DNA from: Vicugna vicugna
Taxonomy: Eukaryota
Length of the DNA: 64,000 nt
NCBI GenBank assembly: GCA_013265495.1
Contig: MU058198.1
Location: 1,996,419 to 2,060,418 of the forward strand
Reading direction: 5' to 3'
In this document: positions 1 through 14,100 of the stretch, in pieces
How positions within the stretch are numbered: the stretch's first letter is position 1
Layout: each line of letters opens with the position of its first letter
Position numbers and translations under genes: made by a program
Notes under the pieces: model-generated
Databases searched by the model: none
Told to the model about the DNA's origin: nothing
Seen by the model: the letters and a program-made list of their open reading frames with translations, nothing else

Positions 1-37
1 CTGGGGATTAAACTTCTGGTCACGCTGGAAATAAAGC
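1..37 (+). CDS. ABCA exon, 3' part only (TMD1)
   Basis: [12 protein letters not shown]+C, donor gtaaga at 38. Phase 1 joins the next exon (C+GA=Arg). Corresponds to ABCA3 MGAQLIGKFEAK. Confidence 0.85.
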
Positions 38-3000
38 GTAAGAGTTTGCCTTGCAAATTTGCCCTTGCTATTTGATTTCTAAAAAGATGGAAAGAGGCAT
101 TGTGGGTGGGACAGTGGGTGACGAGGTAAGAAAATGTTATGAAAATTATTTATCCTCAGATTTAAATGTAAATTAAATTTAAATAAAGAGAATTATGAAC
201 TATAAAGATAATCGGAAGTGTGGAAAAGGGAAAGTTCCCTTTCTCTCTACAGTAAACCCACCAGTTATACTGTCAAAGAAAAAAATTATTTGAACTTTCT
301 GTTCTATAACTTGCTTTATTCACCTGATAATATCTATTAGACTTCTTCCCACATAGAGATATGCTCCTGCCTTTTACAAGGTTGTTTAATATTCTATTGC
401 AAAGGAGTACTATAATTAATTAATTACTTCTCTATCATTGTACATTTAAGAGATTTCCAGTTTTTTGCTATTACCCACTAGAGTATGCATATATTTACTT
501 ATATGGTATGTATACTAATGTAAATAAATTCCTAGAGATAAAAATGGTATCTGATAAGATATTCATAGCTTAGTTTTGATTGCTATTATGGTAACCTTCA
601 AAAAGTGTAGATCAGCTTATTGTGCCACTAACAACACATGCGTTTTTCTACATCCTTCCCAATAATATATTATACTACTCTCATGTAAAAAACAAATATA
701 GCTTCTTTATTTCCTGAAACTAATTTTCCTCCAAACTCTATACTACTGGGCTGAACAAAATTAATGTAAATCTAATCCAGTGATTTATTCAGGTTCTTCT
801 GAATGAGTCAATCTTTGAGACATCTTTCCTTCTTGGACTCTTCAAGATGATATGGAGGGGGATGGAAATTAATGAGCTCTCTTATGATGGAGAGAAATGG
901 GGACCGCAAATCTATGTGGCATCCTCTGGATCTTTTACCTCTATAGTAGAGTACCTGGCCTGAGCTGCTTTATGGACCCTTACAAACTGAAGTGTCACTG
1001 TTTACGTATGGCCCATATTGGACAATATGCCGGTAACGCATCTGTTAGAAACATGGTCCTGGCTGTCTTTTCTAGCCTTAAAGTCCTCACCTATTCTCTG
1101 CCTTCCTCTGGCCCTCTTTGAAACCCTTTGACCTTCACAAACACTTGCAAAGTTATGCAAGCTCTGAATGTGACTTTTAAGATACGAGGAGCCAGTAGCA
1201 TCACTTCAGGCCCATTTATCTAGTTGTCTCTGCCTCACTCTGCCATACAAATGCTACCATCATAGAGTGTTGGATATTTCTACACAATCCCCTCTGAAGG
1301 TTTCTGCAGGATTTTCCCTGAAATAGAAAAACCTAGGATTTTACCTGTCTTCTGCAACTTAATTTTCATTCTTTTCTTACGTAGGAGTGAGGAGGGGGCT
1401 GCCTTTCCTATTTGTCTTTCTAGGAGGAACATCCTTTCCAAAATGACATTTACATTATGGGCTTCATGGGTCACAAAATGCCACACACAGTATAAGATAA
1501 GTATAAATGGGCCATACATTGGGTAGTATTTCAGATTTTTATATCCTTTACACTATCAAATTATTTCACCTTTTCTGCTGAGTGAAAAAATAGCATCTAA
1601 CTGTATTTTAATCTGGGGGGAGAAGAGGAATCCTATCTTGTTACATAAAAAGATTTGAATCCTTTAAGTGTTGTAGATAGTGTAAATAACTATCCTTAGG
1701 CCGTGACTCATTTATCTTGTGTTCACGGTATCTTTTTTTCCAAATATTTTTAATTTAATGTAATCAAATATGTCTTTTAGTTTAGCCTTTCCTTTAGTTT
1801 GTATACTTGAGTTTTCTTTAAGGAATCCTTCCATACCCAGAGTCTTAAAGATAATAATTCTGTATTTTCTTTTACATTTTATATTCTCATACTTTTACAT
1901 ATTTACATGTGGATTTTCAATAAGCATAGAATTGACATATCTATTTGTTATTAGGTAAGAACCTAATTTTATTTTTCACATGAAAATCAAACTATTGCAG
2001 CCATGTATTGGGAGTTTGTTGTTCTGTACTGCTTTCTCATTCCACCTTTGTTTTATATCATGTCTCCATTTGTGCATGGATCTTCTTCGGTACTCTGTTT
2101 CAGGCTGTTGATCTTTTTTTTAGTCTGTTTTGTGTCGATACCACAATGGTTTTGCTCGCTATAGCTTTATAATAAGTCTTAATGTCAGTTACTCTTGTCC
2201 CCATACCTTCAGTTATTCTTTTCACTTTGCTTTCCATTTGTACGTTAAGGTCACTTTGTCAAATTCTATGAAAACTCTTGTTGGGATTTATTGGGGATTT
2301 CATTGCATTTATTGGTTAATGAAGAGGGTTTAAGATACTTAATTTTCTCATCTGTGAACAAAATCTCCCAATGAATAGCCAGTCACACATGTGGTTTCTT
2401 TATGGATACTTTGATCATTCTAACTTTATACACAAAACATTGAAAAATTAACTAGACTTTATCTAGATATGGGATTTCCATTGGCTTAATCTGCAACAGA
2501 ATGTACACCTTTAGTTTTCTGAGTTATTTTTATCAGGGTATTTCATTTTATTATTCAGGTTTTTTTATATTACTTATTTTATTTTTCAGGAACTCTTATT
2601 TTGAATGGAAGAATTTCTCAAGTTACGGTAGAATTCCTGAATTTTGTGTTCTACATTCTCTTTTCGTATGGTTTCTAATTTGCTGTTCATTGCCTCTCCA
2701 AATGACTTTCATTTTGATAATCATCTTTAATTCTACCACTTTTTTCTCAGACTGTTACCTTTTCAAAGACACAGTGCTCATGAATATTCTTCTCATAGTG
2801 CTGATCTATAGGAGAGTGAGGGCTAAAATTGAAGAAAGGATGGGTTTCATGGGCCACTGTTGTCTTCATGTCTTTCCTCTTTGAATTAGGAGTTCACTGG
2901 ATGCCCTAATGCTTTTTCAGTTGTGCTAACTCTGTCCAGAAATAGAGAAAGTAGAAGAACAAAGGATTACGTGTCTTCTTTTGGTGAAAATTTTTCCCAT

Positions 3001-6000
3001 TTCTGTCAGTACTGTGAGCAGAATTTATTTTTCTCTTCTGCTTGGTAATCACCATCCTTCTCTAGTGCTGTTAAATAGTTTTCCAAATGTATATATCCTA
3101 ATGGTTATTTCAGTAGGAATTTAGCATGAGGGGGAAAGATAGACGGATAACTTCTAATAGGTCTGGTTTTTTTCTTAGCTTTTCTGTTACTGTTTATTTT
3201 TGTTTCGGTCATTGACTTTGTCTATTTATGTTGGTAGGTTTTGAAGGGAGGAGGGAGGATATCAATGTTATTATATATTCCATCACTTTCTTGGATGACC
3301 TAAGGGTGTAAACATACAGATAATTCACAGTGGCAATTTAGGGTATCAACTTCTTTCTTTGCTGTTTCAGTCACAGAGCTGTCATCTATGGTATATATCT
3401 CCTTTTTATTTCAGGAATTGGTGTTAAGTGGGATAACCTTTGGACACCAGCCAGCCTTGACAATAATCTCGTCCTGGGCCATATGTCGGGAATGCTTTTA
3501 CTTGATGCCTTCTTGTATGGCCTTGTGACCTGGTATATAGAAAACGTCTTTCCAGGGCAGTATGGCGTGCCCAAGCCATGGTACTTTTTTCTTATGGTGA
3601 GTTCTAATGCTGCTGTTATTATGAAAGACCATAGTCCTTATGAGCCTATTTCATGATGTTTATAATCAAATCAAAAGGGCATGAGAAGAATCATTTTCAT
3701 TTGCATACCATCCATATTGAAATGCTATAGCCATTTCTTAATAACCCTTAAAAGCCTTCCACAGATGCAGGTGCACAACATCTATGGATAACACAATGAA
3801 ACACCATACATTGAAAATTTTAATATACCCCTTCTTCAGCCAAGTGGTACATAGTGGATTAAATCAGAGAATAAAGAAACTTCTGCAAAATGTGCTCCCA
3901 GTTAAATGTGATGTTTTCTTAGATCCTGGTGAGGAGAGGATCAGGTATTTCCCATATCAGTTTTCTCACTGCCTGCTTCCTTGCGATGGTTAGAACTTCT
4001 ACATCATGCCCTTCATGTTTCCTTAACATTACTGGATAATACTGGTACAAAGAAGGTGTTCTGACCAAGTGTGATAAAATGCACTGGCTGTGATCTCATT
4101 TTTGAGTAATTCCATTTTGTCCCTACTTCTTGAATACTAGCATTTTAAAGAGTTTTTACTTCTAAACCCTGGAGATTCAAATCATGCATAATTGTGCTGC
4201 AAACATAACCCTGAAACTATGCAACAGCTTTCTCTCTCTCAGAAAGTAAAGCAAGCCGAAGTGTTTTTAATTCTCAAAGTGCCTCATTTTTTTTCACATT
4301 TAAATTTTCAATTCAGATGAAATTCATATAACTTACAACTAACCATTTTAAAGTAAGCAAACTGGTGGCATTTTGTACATTTATAATATACTTGCATGTA
4401 TCTAGTTTCAAAATATTTTAATCACTCAAAAAGAAAATTCTGTACCCTTTAAGAAGTCACATCCCATTTATCCCTATCCCAAAGCCCCTAGCATCCACTA
4501 ATCACCTTTCTTTTTCTATGCATTTACCTATTCTGGATGTTTCATATAAAGGGAATCACACAATATGTAGTCATTTGTGTCTGGCTTCTTTCATTTACCA
4601 TAATTTTTTTATGTTTATCCATGTTATAATATGTATCAGTACTTCATTCTGTTTGATTGCTGAATAATATTCCAGTGAATGTATGAAGAGCAATTCCTTT
4701 ATCTGTTAATCCATAGTTGGATATATAGGACATCTTTGAGCTATTGAGTAGTGCTGCTGTTAATATTTGTATACAAGTGGTTCTTTGAACACCAGTTTCA
4801 ATTTTGGGCAGACTGTATATCTAGGAGTGGAATTTGTGACCATACCTCAGATTGGCAATTCTATGTTTAATGTTTTCAGGAACCATCAAACATTCTTTTC
4901 TTTTATTATACCTCTTTATATATAAGGTGGTATCTTGATGTTTTGATTTGCATTTCCCTAATGAATAATCATGTTAATATCTCTTCATGTACTTGTTGGC
5001 CATTTGTATATATTAGTTAGAGAAATGTCTATTCAAGTCCTGTGCCCATTTTAAAATCAGGTTGTTTTGTCTTTTTTTATATTCTGGACACTAGACCCTT
5101 ATCAGATATATGATTTGCAAATATTTTCTTCCATTCTGTGGGTTGTCTTCTCACTTTCTTGATAGTGTCCTTCATGCACAAAAGTTTCAATTTTGATTGA
5201 ATCCAGTTTATCAATTTTTCTTCTGTTGCTTGTGAATTTGGTGTCATATCTGAGTAACCATTGTCAGATATAAGGTCATGAATATTTACCCCTATGTTTT
5301 TTTCTAAGAATTTTTTGGGATTTATCTCTTATATTTACATCATTCATCAAATTTGATTTAATTTTTATACAGTGTGAGGTAGGGATCCAGCTTCAGTCTT
5401 CTACAGGTGGATATCCTGTTGTCCCAGCAACAGTCTCTGAAAAGACTATTCTTTCCCCATTGAATGGTCTTAGCACATTTGATATAAATCAGTTGGGCAT
5501 AGATGTATGGGTTTATTTCTGGACCCTTAATTTTATTCCATTGGCCTATATGTTTATCCTTATACCAATACCACACTGATTTGATTCTTGTAGTTTTATG
5601 GTAAAGTTTGAAATCTGAAAGTCTCAGTATTCCAACTTTGTTCTTTTTCAAGATTGTTTTGGCTATCAGGGGTCTCTTGCAGTTCCATATGAACTTGAGG
5701 ATCAGCTTTTCTATTTCAGCAGATATGCCCATTTAAATTTTTATAGAGATTACATTGAATCTGTTGATTTTTGAACTAGTATTGCCACATTAAAAATATT
5801 GTCTTCAAGTCCATAAATTTTCTGTTTATAGAAGTCTTATTTAAATTATTTCAGCAAAGTTTTATAGTTTTCAGTGTGCAAGTCTTTTACCTTTTTGGTT
5901 AACTTCTCAAGTATATTAATCTTTTGGATGCCATTGTAAATGAAATTGTTAATTTTCTTTTTGAATTATCTGTTGCAGGGGCATGAAAACACAACTGATT

Positions 6001-9000
6001 TTTGCATGTTGTTCCTGTATCTTGCATCTTTGCTGAATTTGTTCATTATCTCTTCTAGTATGTGGGGGAGGGCATTCTTTGGGCTTTTCTTAATAAGTAG
6101 GATCTTGTCATCTTCAAACATAGATAGTTTTACTTCTTGCTTTCCAATTTGGATGCCTTTTATTTCTTTTTCCTACCTCATTGTTCTGGCTGAAACTCCC
6201 AGTACAGTAATGAGTAGCAAGGGTGAAAGCAGGCATCCTTGTCTTATTCCTGATATTAGAGGAAAAGCCTTCAGTATTTCACCATTGAGTATGATGTTAG
6301 CTGTGGGTTTCTTCATGAATGCCGCTTATCATTTTGATAAAGTTCTCTTCTTTACCTTTAACACACTTTGTCAGAGGCTTTATTTGCATCAGTTGAGCTG
6401 ATCATGTGTGTTATTTTCCATGGTTCTATTAATGTGATGTGTTACAGTGATTGACTTTCATATGTTGAACCACTCCTCCATTCCTGGGGTAAATCATACT
6501 TTATCATAGTCTATAATGCTTTTGATATGCTATTGGATTCAGTTTACCGGTATTTTATTGAAGATTTTTACATTTATATTCATAAGAGATACTGGTCTGT
6601 AGTTTTTTTGTGATCTCTTTGACTTTGTTGTCAGGGTAATGCTGACATCATCGAATGAATTAGGAAATGTTACCTCCTCTTATACTTTTTGGAAGACCTG
6701 TAGAAGCTTTGTTGTTAATTCTTATTTATTTAAATGTTTGGTGGAATTCAAACAGTGAGGTCTTCTGGTTCTGGACTTTCCTTTGTAGGGAAGTTTTCAT
6801 CACTGACTCAGACTTACTTGTTATCAGTCTGTTCAGATGGAGTGCTTCACTTCTTATGCTCATTTTGGTAATTACCTTTTGGCTTTCTTTGTAGCGCTCA
6901 TACTGGTTTGGCCAACCAAGAATCAAAAGAAAAAAAAGAAAAGTGAAAGATGGTGAAGTAACTCAAAACAAGTATTTTGAGCCTGAACCTACCAGTTTGG
7001 TGGCAGGTATCCAGATCAAGAATTTGTACAAGGTATTGTTTCAAAGGTCTCTTTTTCCTATGAGGATTAAAGCCATAAAAGGGCATTAGAATTGTTTGCA
7101 ACTAGACATTCCAAGAAAACAAATGAGATGCTTAATCAGGAATCATAATTAATAAAGTCCTAATTTGAAGCATTCATAGAATATATTAATAGCTTTACAA
7201 ATATGATCTTATTTGCTCTATCTACTATACTTTTAATTTGATAGGCTTGCAACAAGTGGTATATGAATTTTGTACTTAAACTCTGTGAAGAAGATAAACT
7301 TGATGATGCAATAGTAACATCTGGGCGTGTGGTTGGGAAGGATAACACTAAACATAGTTAAAGGAAAACCTCTCTGAAGGGATGTCCTTTGAACTGAGAC
7401 CTAAAGAATGAGAAGAGCCAATTGTTTGAAAAAACTAAGAGAAGAACACACGTGTTAGTTAGAAAAATAGCAAGTTTGAAAACCCTGACGTTCATGTGCT
7501 TTAGGAACAGAAGGAAGACCAGTATATTTGGAGGCCAAAAAATGATAGTAAATGGCTTCATTGGGAAGCCACTGATTGGTTCAAAGCACTGGAGGAATAT
7601 ACGTTTTTTTTAAAGATCATTTTGGCTACAATGTGGAAAACGGGGCATTGGAAAGTGAAGAGTAGAAAAGGTTAAATGTAGGAAGAAGAAGGCAAAAGGG
7701 TACTTTCTTTAAGAAATGATAATTAGACCAAAGTGGTGGCAGTATACATGAAGAGAAATGGATGGATCCAAGATATTTTCAACAGAACTGAGAATATTGG
7801 GAAATTGGGGACATTGAAGGAAAAGGAGGAAACTGGAATGGTTCTTAGATGACAAACTAGAGCAACTAATACAAACTCTTTCTGTTCTTGCCAAGTTTTA
7901 CTAGATTTTCTTAAATAAATGAGTTTTCTCTTGCTGTATTCTCAGATCGGTTTCTGAAGACTTTGAAGTGGTTGTTTTTTTGTTTTGTTTTGTTTTTCAA
8001 TTTTGACCAGATTTTCTTGTTTCACTGGGGAGTGGGTCTGTGGAGCTCTTCATACTTACTTCCCAGAAATGGAACTCTCTATTAACTATTTTAATGGATT
8101 CAGTTTCTTAAATTTTGTTTAGAATGTTTTTATTTAGGTTTATAATGGGTATTGGTCTATGTTCATTTCCTGTAAGATGTTCCTCTAGTTTTGATACCTG
8201 GATAATGCTAGCCTCGTAGAGTGAGCTGGGAAGTATTTCCCCCTTTTCACTTTTCTAGAAGAGCTTTTGTACAACTTATATTAATTTAGTTTCCAATTAT
8301 TTGGGGGGATTTTCCATAGATATTTTTGTTATTAATTTCTAATTCAATTCTGCTTATGGTCAAAGAAAGACACTGTATGACTTGAATTCTTTTAACTTTA
8401 TTAATTCTGATTTTATGGCTCAGACTATCACCTGCCTACATGTGTTATAAATATTTAAAATTAATATGTAATCTGCTCCTGTTTAGTGGAATGATAAAAA
8501 ATGTCAGTTAAGTCAAGTTAGTTATTAGCTCTTCAAATATTCTATGTCTTCACTGATTCTACATATTCTAATAATTATTGAGAGAAAAGTGTTGAAGTCT
8601 TTGAAAATAAATTCCTTTTTCTATTTCTCTTTGTACTTCTGTTACTTGTTACCTCATATATTTTGAACTCTTGTTATTGGATGCATAAACATTTAGGAAT
8701 ATTATCTCTTCTTGAAAAGTTGATCTCTTTATGATTACAAAATGACATTCCTTATCCCTGGTGATACTCTTCACTCTTAAACCTACTTTGGCTAATGTTA
8801 ATATGGCCACACCACTTACCTTTTTTTTGTTGTTATTGGATTATATATTGTTTAATAACACTAAGACTTACAAGTTATCAGTTTTGTTTCAGTGCAAATT
8901 CAAACTTTTTTTTCACTTTAAAATTGTAAAAGGCTCTTCTTAGTTCATTGGCCATAAAAAACAAATAATGGACCATATCTGAATTTACAAATTCCTCCTA

Positions 9001-11090
9001 GGAATCTCAAGGATATCTGTATGTACTTTTATCAGTCACTAAAATTCTGACTTAAATCATGGCATCAGTTTTTCTGACCATGGGTGGCAGCTTCTGTGAG
9101 CTTCCCTAGCTCTTGCTACAGTTGAGTAAGCCCATAATTACTATATGATATTCTTCATGCACAGAATATAGAGAAATCTCCATTTTACTTACCAAATTAA
9201 GTTAGATATACATACCACTGAGACTTCACCTTTATTTTGACTAGTATACAAACTCAGTTCACCTACAAGTATTATTCCATGTTCACAGCATCATCTTTTT
9301 ACAATGTGAGTTTATGATATGGTATTTCTTCTAAGGATAAAGGATATAAGTGTTCATCATTTGTTAAGTGATAGCCACAGATACCAAGTTATTCTTTTCT
9401 TTATTCCACAGGAATTCGGTGACAAAGTAGCAATAAATAACATGTCATTGAATTTATATGAGGGTCAGATCACTATTCTTCTAGGACAGAATGGTGCAGG
9501 AAAAAGCACAACCTTATCTATTCTCACAGGTATGCATTCAGCTCTGTCCAGAGCACAAGTCAGATTCCTTCTAAAACTGTAAACCAATCTACAATTTATA
9601 GTGTTGAATATAATGTCATTTCAATCTTGCAGTTATTATTACAGTTTCAGTTATTTAAAAACCAAGATGCTCCAAATGATACAATAAATTCATCCATTTT
9701 TTTGCTTAAAAATTTATATGCCAATCCTTCTATAGGAATTAATAATACAGTGGGGATTTCAACTTTCTTCCACTCAGTTTTATACTCTGGTAGAGATACC
9801 CACAAGAAACTTGAAGCATACAACAAAGCATGAGTAAGAAGGGAGATGTAGGATGCTATTCATCCAACAGAATGACATCTAACTTGTTTTGGTGATGAGG
9901 AACATGGAAGTGACATCAAATGTGAGTCAAATAGGAAGTATAAAGAGCTGTTAAGGGAAGAAAAGGAGAATATTACAGGTATAAGCAAAGAATAGGAAAC
10001 TTAAAGGCATGGCACATCTATATGAGTAGACCAAAGAAGGAACTTAAATAATAGTAAAAGATGAAGCTAGATGAGTAATCAAAAAGTCAAATTATAAAAG
10101 GTTGGGGAAGCCATGCTGTCAAGTTTAGAATTTATTCTGAGACCAATGACAAGCCACAGAAGAGTATTTTATGAATGTTTATACTTTAGAAATATTGCAT
10201 TTACTAGAAAGGAAGAATGGATAAGGAATCTTAAGGACAACTAGAACAATGAATCCAGTATTGTGGGTGAGGTTAGTGTAAGTCCTAGAGGGTGGATCAG
10301 TGCTCAGCCTAGTAGTTGAGATAAAATAGCCTCTCCTTTGATACAAGTGATTCCAAAACTAAGATAGGAGGGGCAGACACTACTCATATTCTCTGCTGTT
10401 TTGTATATTTGAACTGACACTCTCTAAATCTCAGTTAAAACCCTTTTTAAAAGAACAACTATCTAGCTAACATCATAAGGTTATGATTTGAATTTTCATT
10501 ACCTTCATGATGATGTATATATAACATGTATAGTTAATGTAATTTACATAAGTTATCTTGGAACACACTATGTGCTTTTTTTTCTTTTTGTGGTGAAAAC
10601 ATATATTTATTTATTGAAGTATAATTGACTTAAAATATTATATAGTTTCAGGTGTACAACATAGTGATTCAGTATTTTTATGCATTATGAAATGGTCACC
10701 ATGGTAAGTCTACTAACCATCTGTCACCATACAATACATTGTAATATTACTGTCTGTATTCCTTATGCTGTACATACATACCCATGACTTTATTTTATAA
10801 CTGGAAGTTTGTACCTCTTAATCTCCTTCACCTATTTTGTCCATCCTCCCATTCTTCTCCACTCTGGAAACCATCTTTTTGTCCTCTGTATCTGTGAGCC
10901 AATTCCTGTTTTCTTATGTTTGTTTGTTTTGTTTTTTAGATTCTACATATAAGTGAAGTCACATGGGATTTGTCTTTCTCTATAGGACTTACTTCCTTTT
11001 AATATCCTCTAGGTCCATCCATGTTGTCATAAATGGCAAGATTTCATTCTTTTTATGCCTGAGTAATATTCCTTTATATATTAGATAGAT

Positions 11091-11139
<49 letters not shown>

Positions 11140-14100
11140 CGATCGATCAATCTCATGTCTACTTTATCCACTCATCTATCAATGAATACTAGGTTACTTT
11201 CATATCTTAGCTATTGTAAATAATGCTGCAGTGAACATGGGGATGCATATATCTTTTCACATCAGTGGTTTCATTTTCTTTGGATAAATACTCTAAAGTA
11301 GAATTCCTGGATTATATGGTATGAATAGAACTACATATGGGAGTTCTATTTTTAATTTCTTGAGGAACTTCCACACTGTTTTCTATATTCTCACCAATCA
11401 TATTCCCACCAGCATATTCCACATTCTTGCCAACACTTGTTATGTCTTCTTTTTATAATAGCCATTCTGACAGGTGTGAAGTGCCATACTTTATATGTTG
11501 TTTAAGAAAATACATTATGCATTTTCCTATCTATATGTGCTCATGCCCTTTCTCTCATTGAAAATGACTGAATCAACTCTCCACATATTGAAATCCTATT
11601 CATACAACAAATGCAGCTCAAAAGCAACCATCCAGGGCAAAATGGCCCAGGAGGTAGTGCCAAGTTGCAGTACCGTCACAGACAAAATCGACAAATTAGC
11701 ACAAAATGTCAGCACCAGTTTTGTCAGAACTCTGGAAACAGGCAAAGACGTACAGCAATGAAGCAATGCTAAATGAAGAAAAGGGCAACAGAGAGACAAT
11801 AGGAAGTGAGAGTGACATCAGCAATATGGTGGACTTGGAAGCTCCAGGCCCTTGTTCACTGCAGAGACACTTAGTTAACAACAATATACAGACAAAAATA
11901 CCTTTTTGAAAAACTCTAGAAACAGTTTTGGAAGCTGCATCACACAAATGAATGCATAGCCATTACCAAAAAGGGTATGAAGTTAGTGGCATTTTCTCAC
12001 CTAATCCTTCCTCCAGCATGGCGTGGCACAGTGAGGAGGAAACTTCCCAATGCCAGAATTCTTCCTTGGAACAGAAAGAAAAGGCTGAAATTTGCATTTA
12101 ATGTTCTGGCTTGTCTGGGGGCTGCTCAAGGGACTGTTTCCTGTCTTGCTTAATAGAACACTAACAGGAGTGGCAACGAGGTATGAATGCAGGTTGAAAT
12201 CCACAGAAAAAAAGAGGCAAGCTCTGTAACACTTTAAAGTGCTTTAAAGCTCAGGGAAGTTTGCAATTCTGCAGGCAGGGAGAAACAGAGTATAGAATAT
12301 GAATACAATAGAAACTGAAACCAAAACTTCCAACTGCTTAAGGAAACTAAGACAGTTGAAAACAGATATATGCTGGGATATATCCACACAGAGACACAAC
12401 CCTGGAGAAGACATCCCAGAAAAGATTTGAAAGGTCCTCAAACCTCTAGCTGAGCTGATTGGTGAAGGACTTCCCGTAAAGGAAGCCAGGCCATAAAAAC
12501 TGAGAGAGGTGTCAGATCTCAATGTTCAGATCTCAGCAGAACCTCACAAGACATACAAAGAAACAAGGAAATATGCCCCAATCAAAGGAACAAAACAAAC
12601 TCCAGCACTTAACTCTTAAGAAAGGCAGATTTCTGAATTACTCAACAAAACCTCATTTTAAAGATGCTCAATGATCTAGAATAGAATGCAGACAATGAAA
12701 TTAAATGCAGAAAATGAAACATTAATAAAATCAAAATACTAACAGAGATAGAAATTATTTTTTAAAAACCCAGACAAACTCTGGGTATAGAAAATAACTA
12801 AACTGAAAATTCATTAGAGAATTTCAACAGCAGACTTGATCAGGCAGAAAAGTACATCCATGAACTTGAAGACAAGTCATTTAAAATTAGCAAGTCAGAG
12901 GAGTAACGAAGAAAAGAGAATGAAGAAAAGAGAGTCTAGGTGACTTATAAATATCATCAAGTGGGCAACTGTATTCATTATGGGAGTCCCAGAAAAATGA
13001 GAGGAAGTGGTAATTTTTTTTTAAAGAAATAATGGCTGAAATAGAAGTGAAATAGAATCTTTAATTAGGAACCTCCCTGCAAACAAAAGTCCAGCACCAG
13101 ATGGCTTCACTGGGGAAATCTACCAAACATACAAATAAGAATTCATACCAATCTTTATTAAACTCTTCCGTAAGATTGACGAGGTAGGAAACACTCCAAA
13201 ATTCATTCTGTGAAGCCACCATCACCTGATACTAAAACTAAAAGACACTACCGAAATAGAAAATTACAGGCCAATATCATTTATCAACATATATGTGAAA
13301 ATCCTCAACCAAATATTAGCAAACAGAATCCAACAATACATAAAAAAGATCATACACTTTGATCAAGTTGGTCTCATCCTAGGGACACAAGGAAGTTTCA
13401 ACATATGAATCAATCGATGTAATACACCACATCAACAAAAGAAAGGACAAAAATCACATGATCATCTCAATAGATGCAGAAAAAGCATTTGATAAAATTC
13501 AACACACATTTATTATATATATAAAAAAAAAACTAACCAAAGTGGGTATAGAGGAAACACACCTCAGCATAATCAAAGCTATTTATGACAAACCCACAGC
13601 CAACATAATACACAATGGTGAAAAGTTGAAACCTTCTCGCTAAAATCTGGAACAAGACAAGGTGCCCACTCTCACCACTTCTTTTTTTTTTTTAACATTT
13701 TTTATTGATTTATAATCATTTTACAATGTGTCAAATTCCAGTGTAGAGCACAATTTTTCAGTTATACATGAACACATATATATTCATTGTCACATTTTTT
13801 TCTTTTCGCTGTGAGCTACCACTAGATCTTGTATATATTTCCCTGTGCTAATAATCTTGTTCATCTATTCTACAGTTTTGAAATCCCAGTCTATCTCTTC
13901 CCACCCCCCGCCTTCTTGGCAACCACAAGTTTATATTCTATGTCTGTGAGTCTATTTCTGTTTTGTATTTATGCTTTGTTTGTTTTTGTTTTTGTTTTTG
14001 TTTTTTTTAGATTCCACATATGAGCGATCTCATATGGTATTTTTCTTTCTCTTTCTGGCTTACGTCACTTAGAATGACATTCTCCAGGAGCATCCATGTT

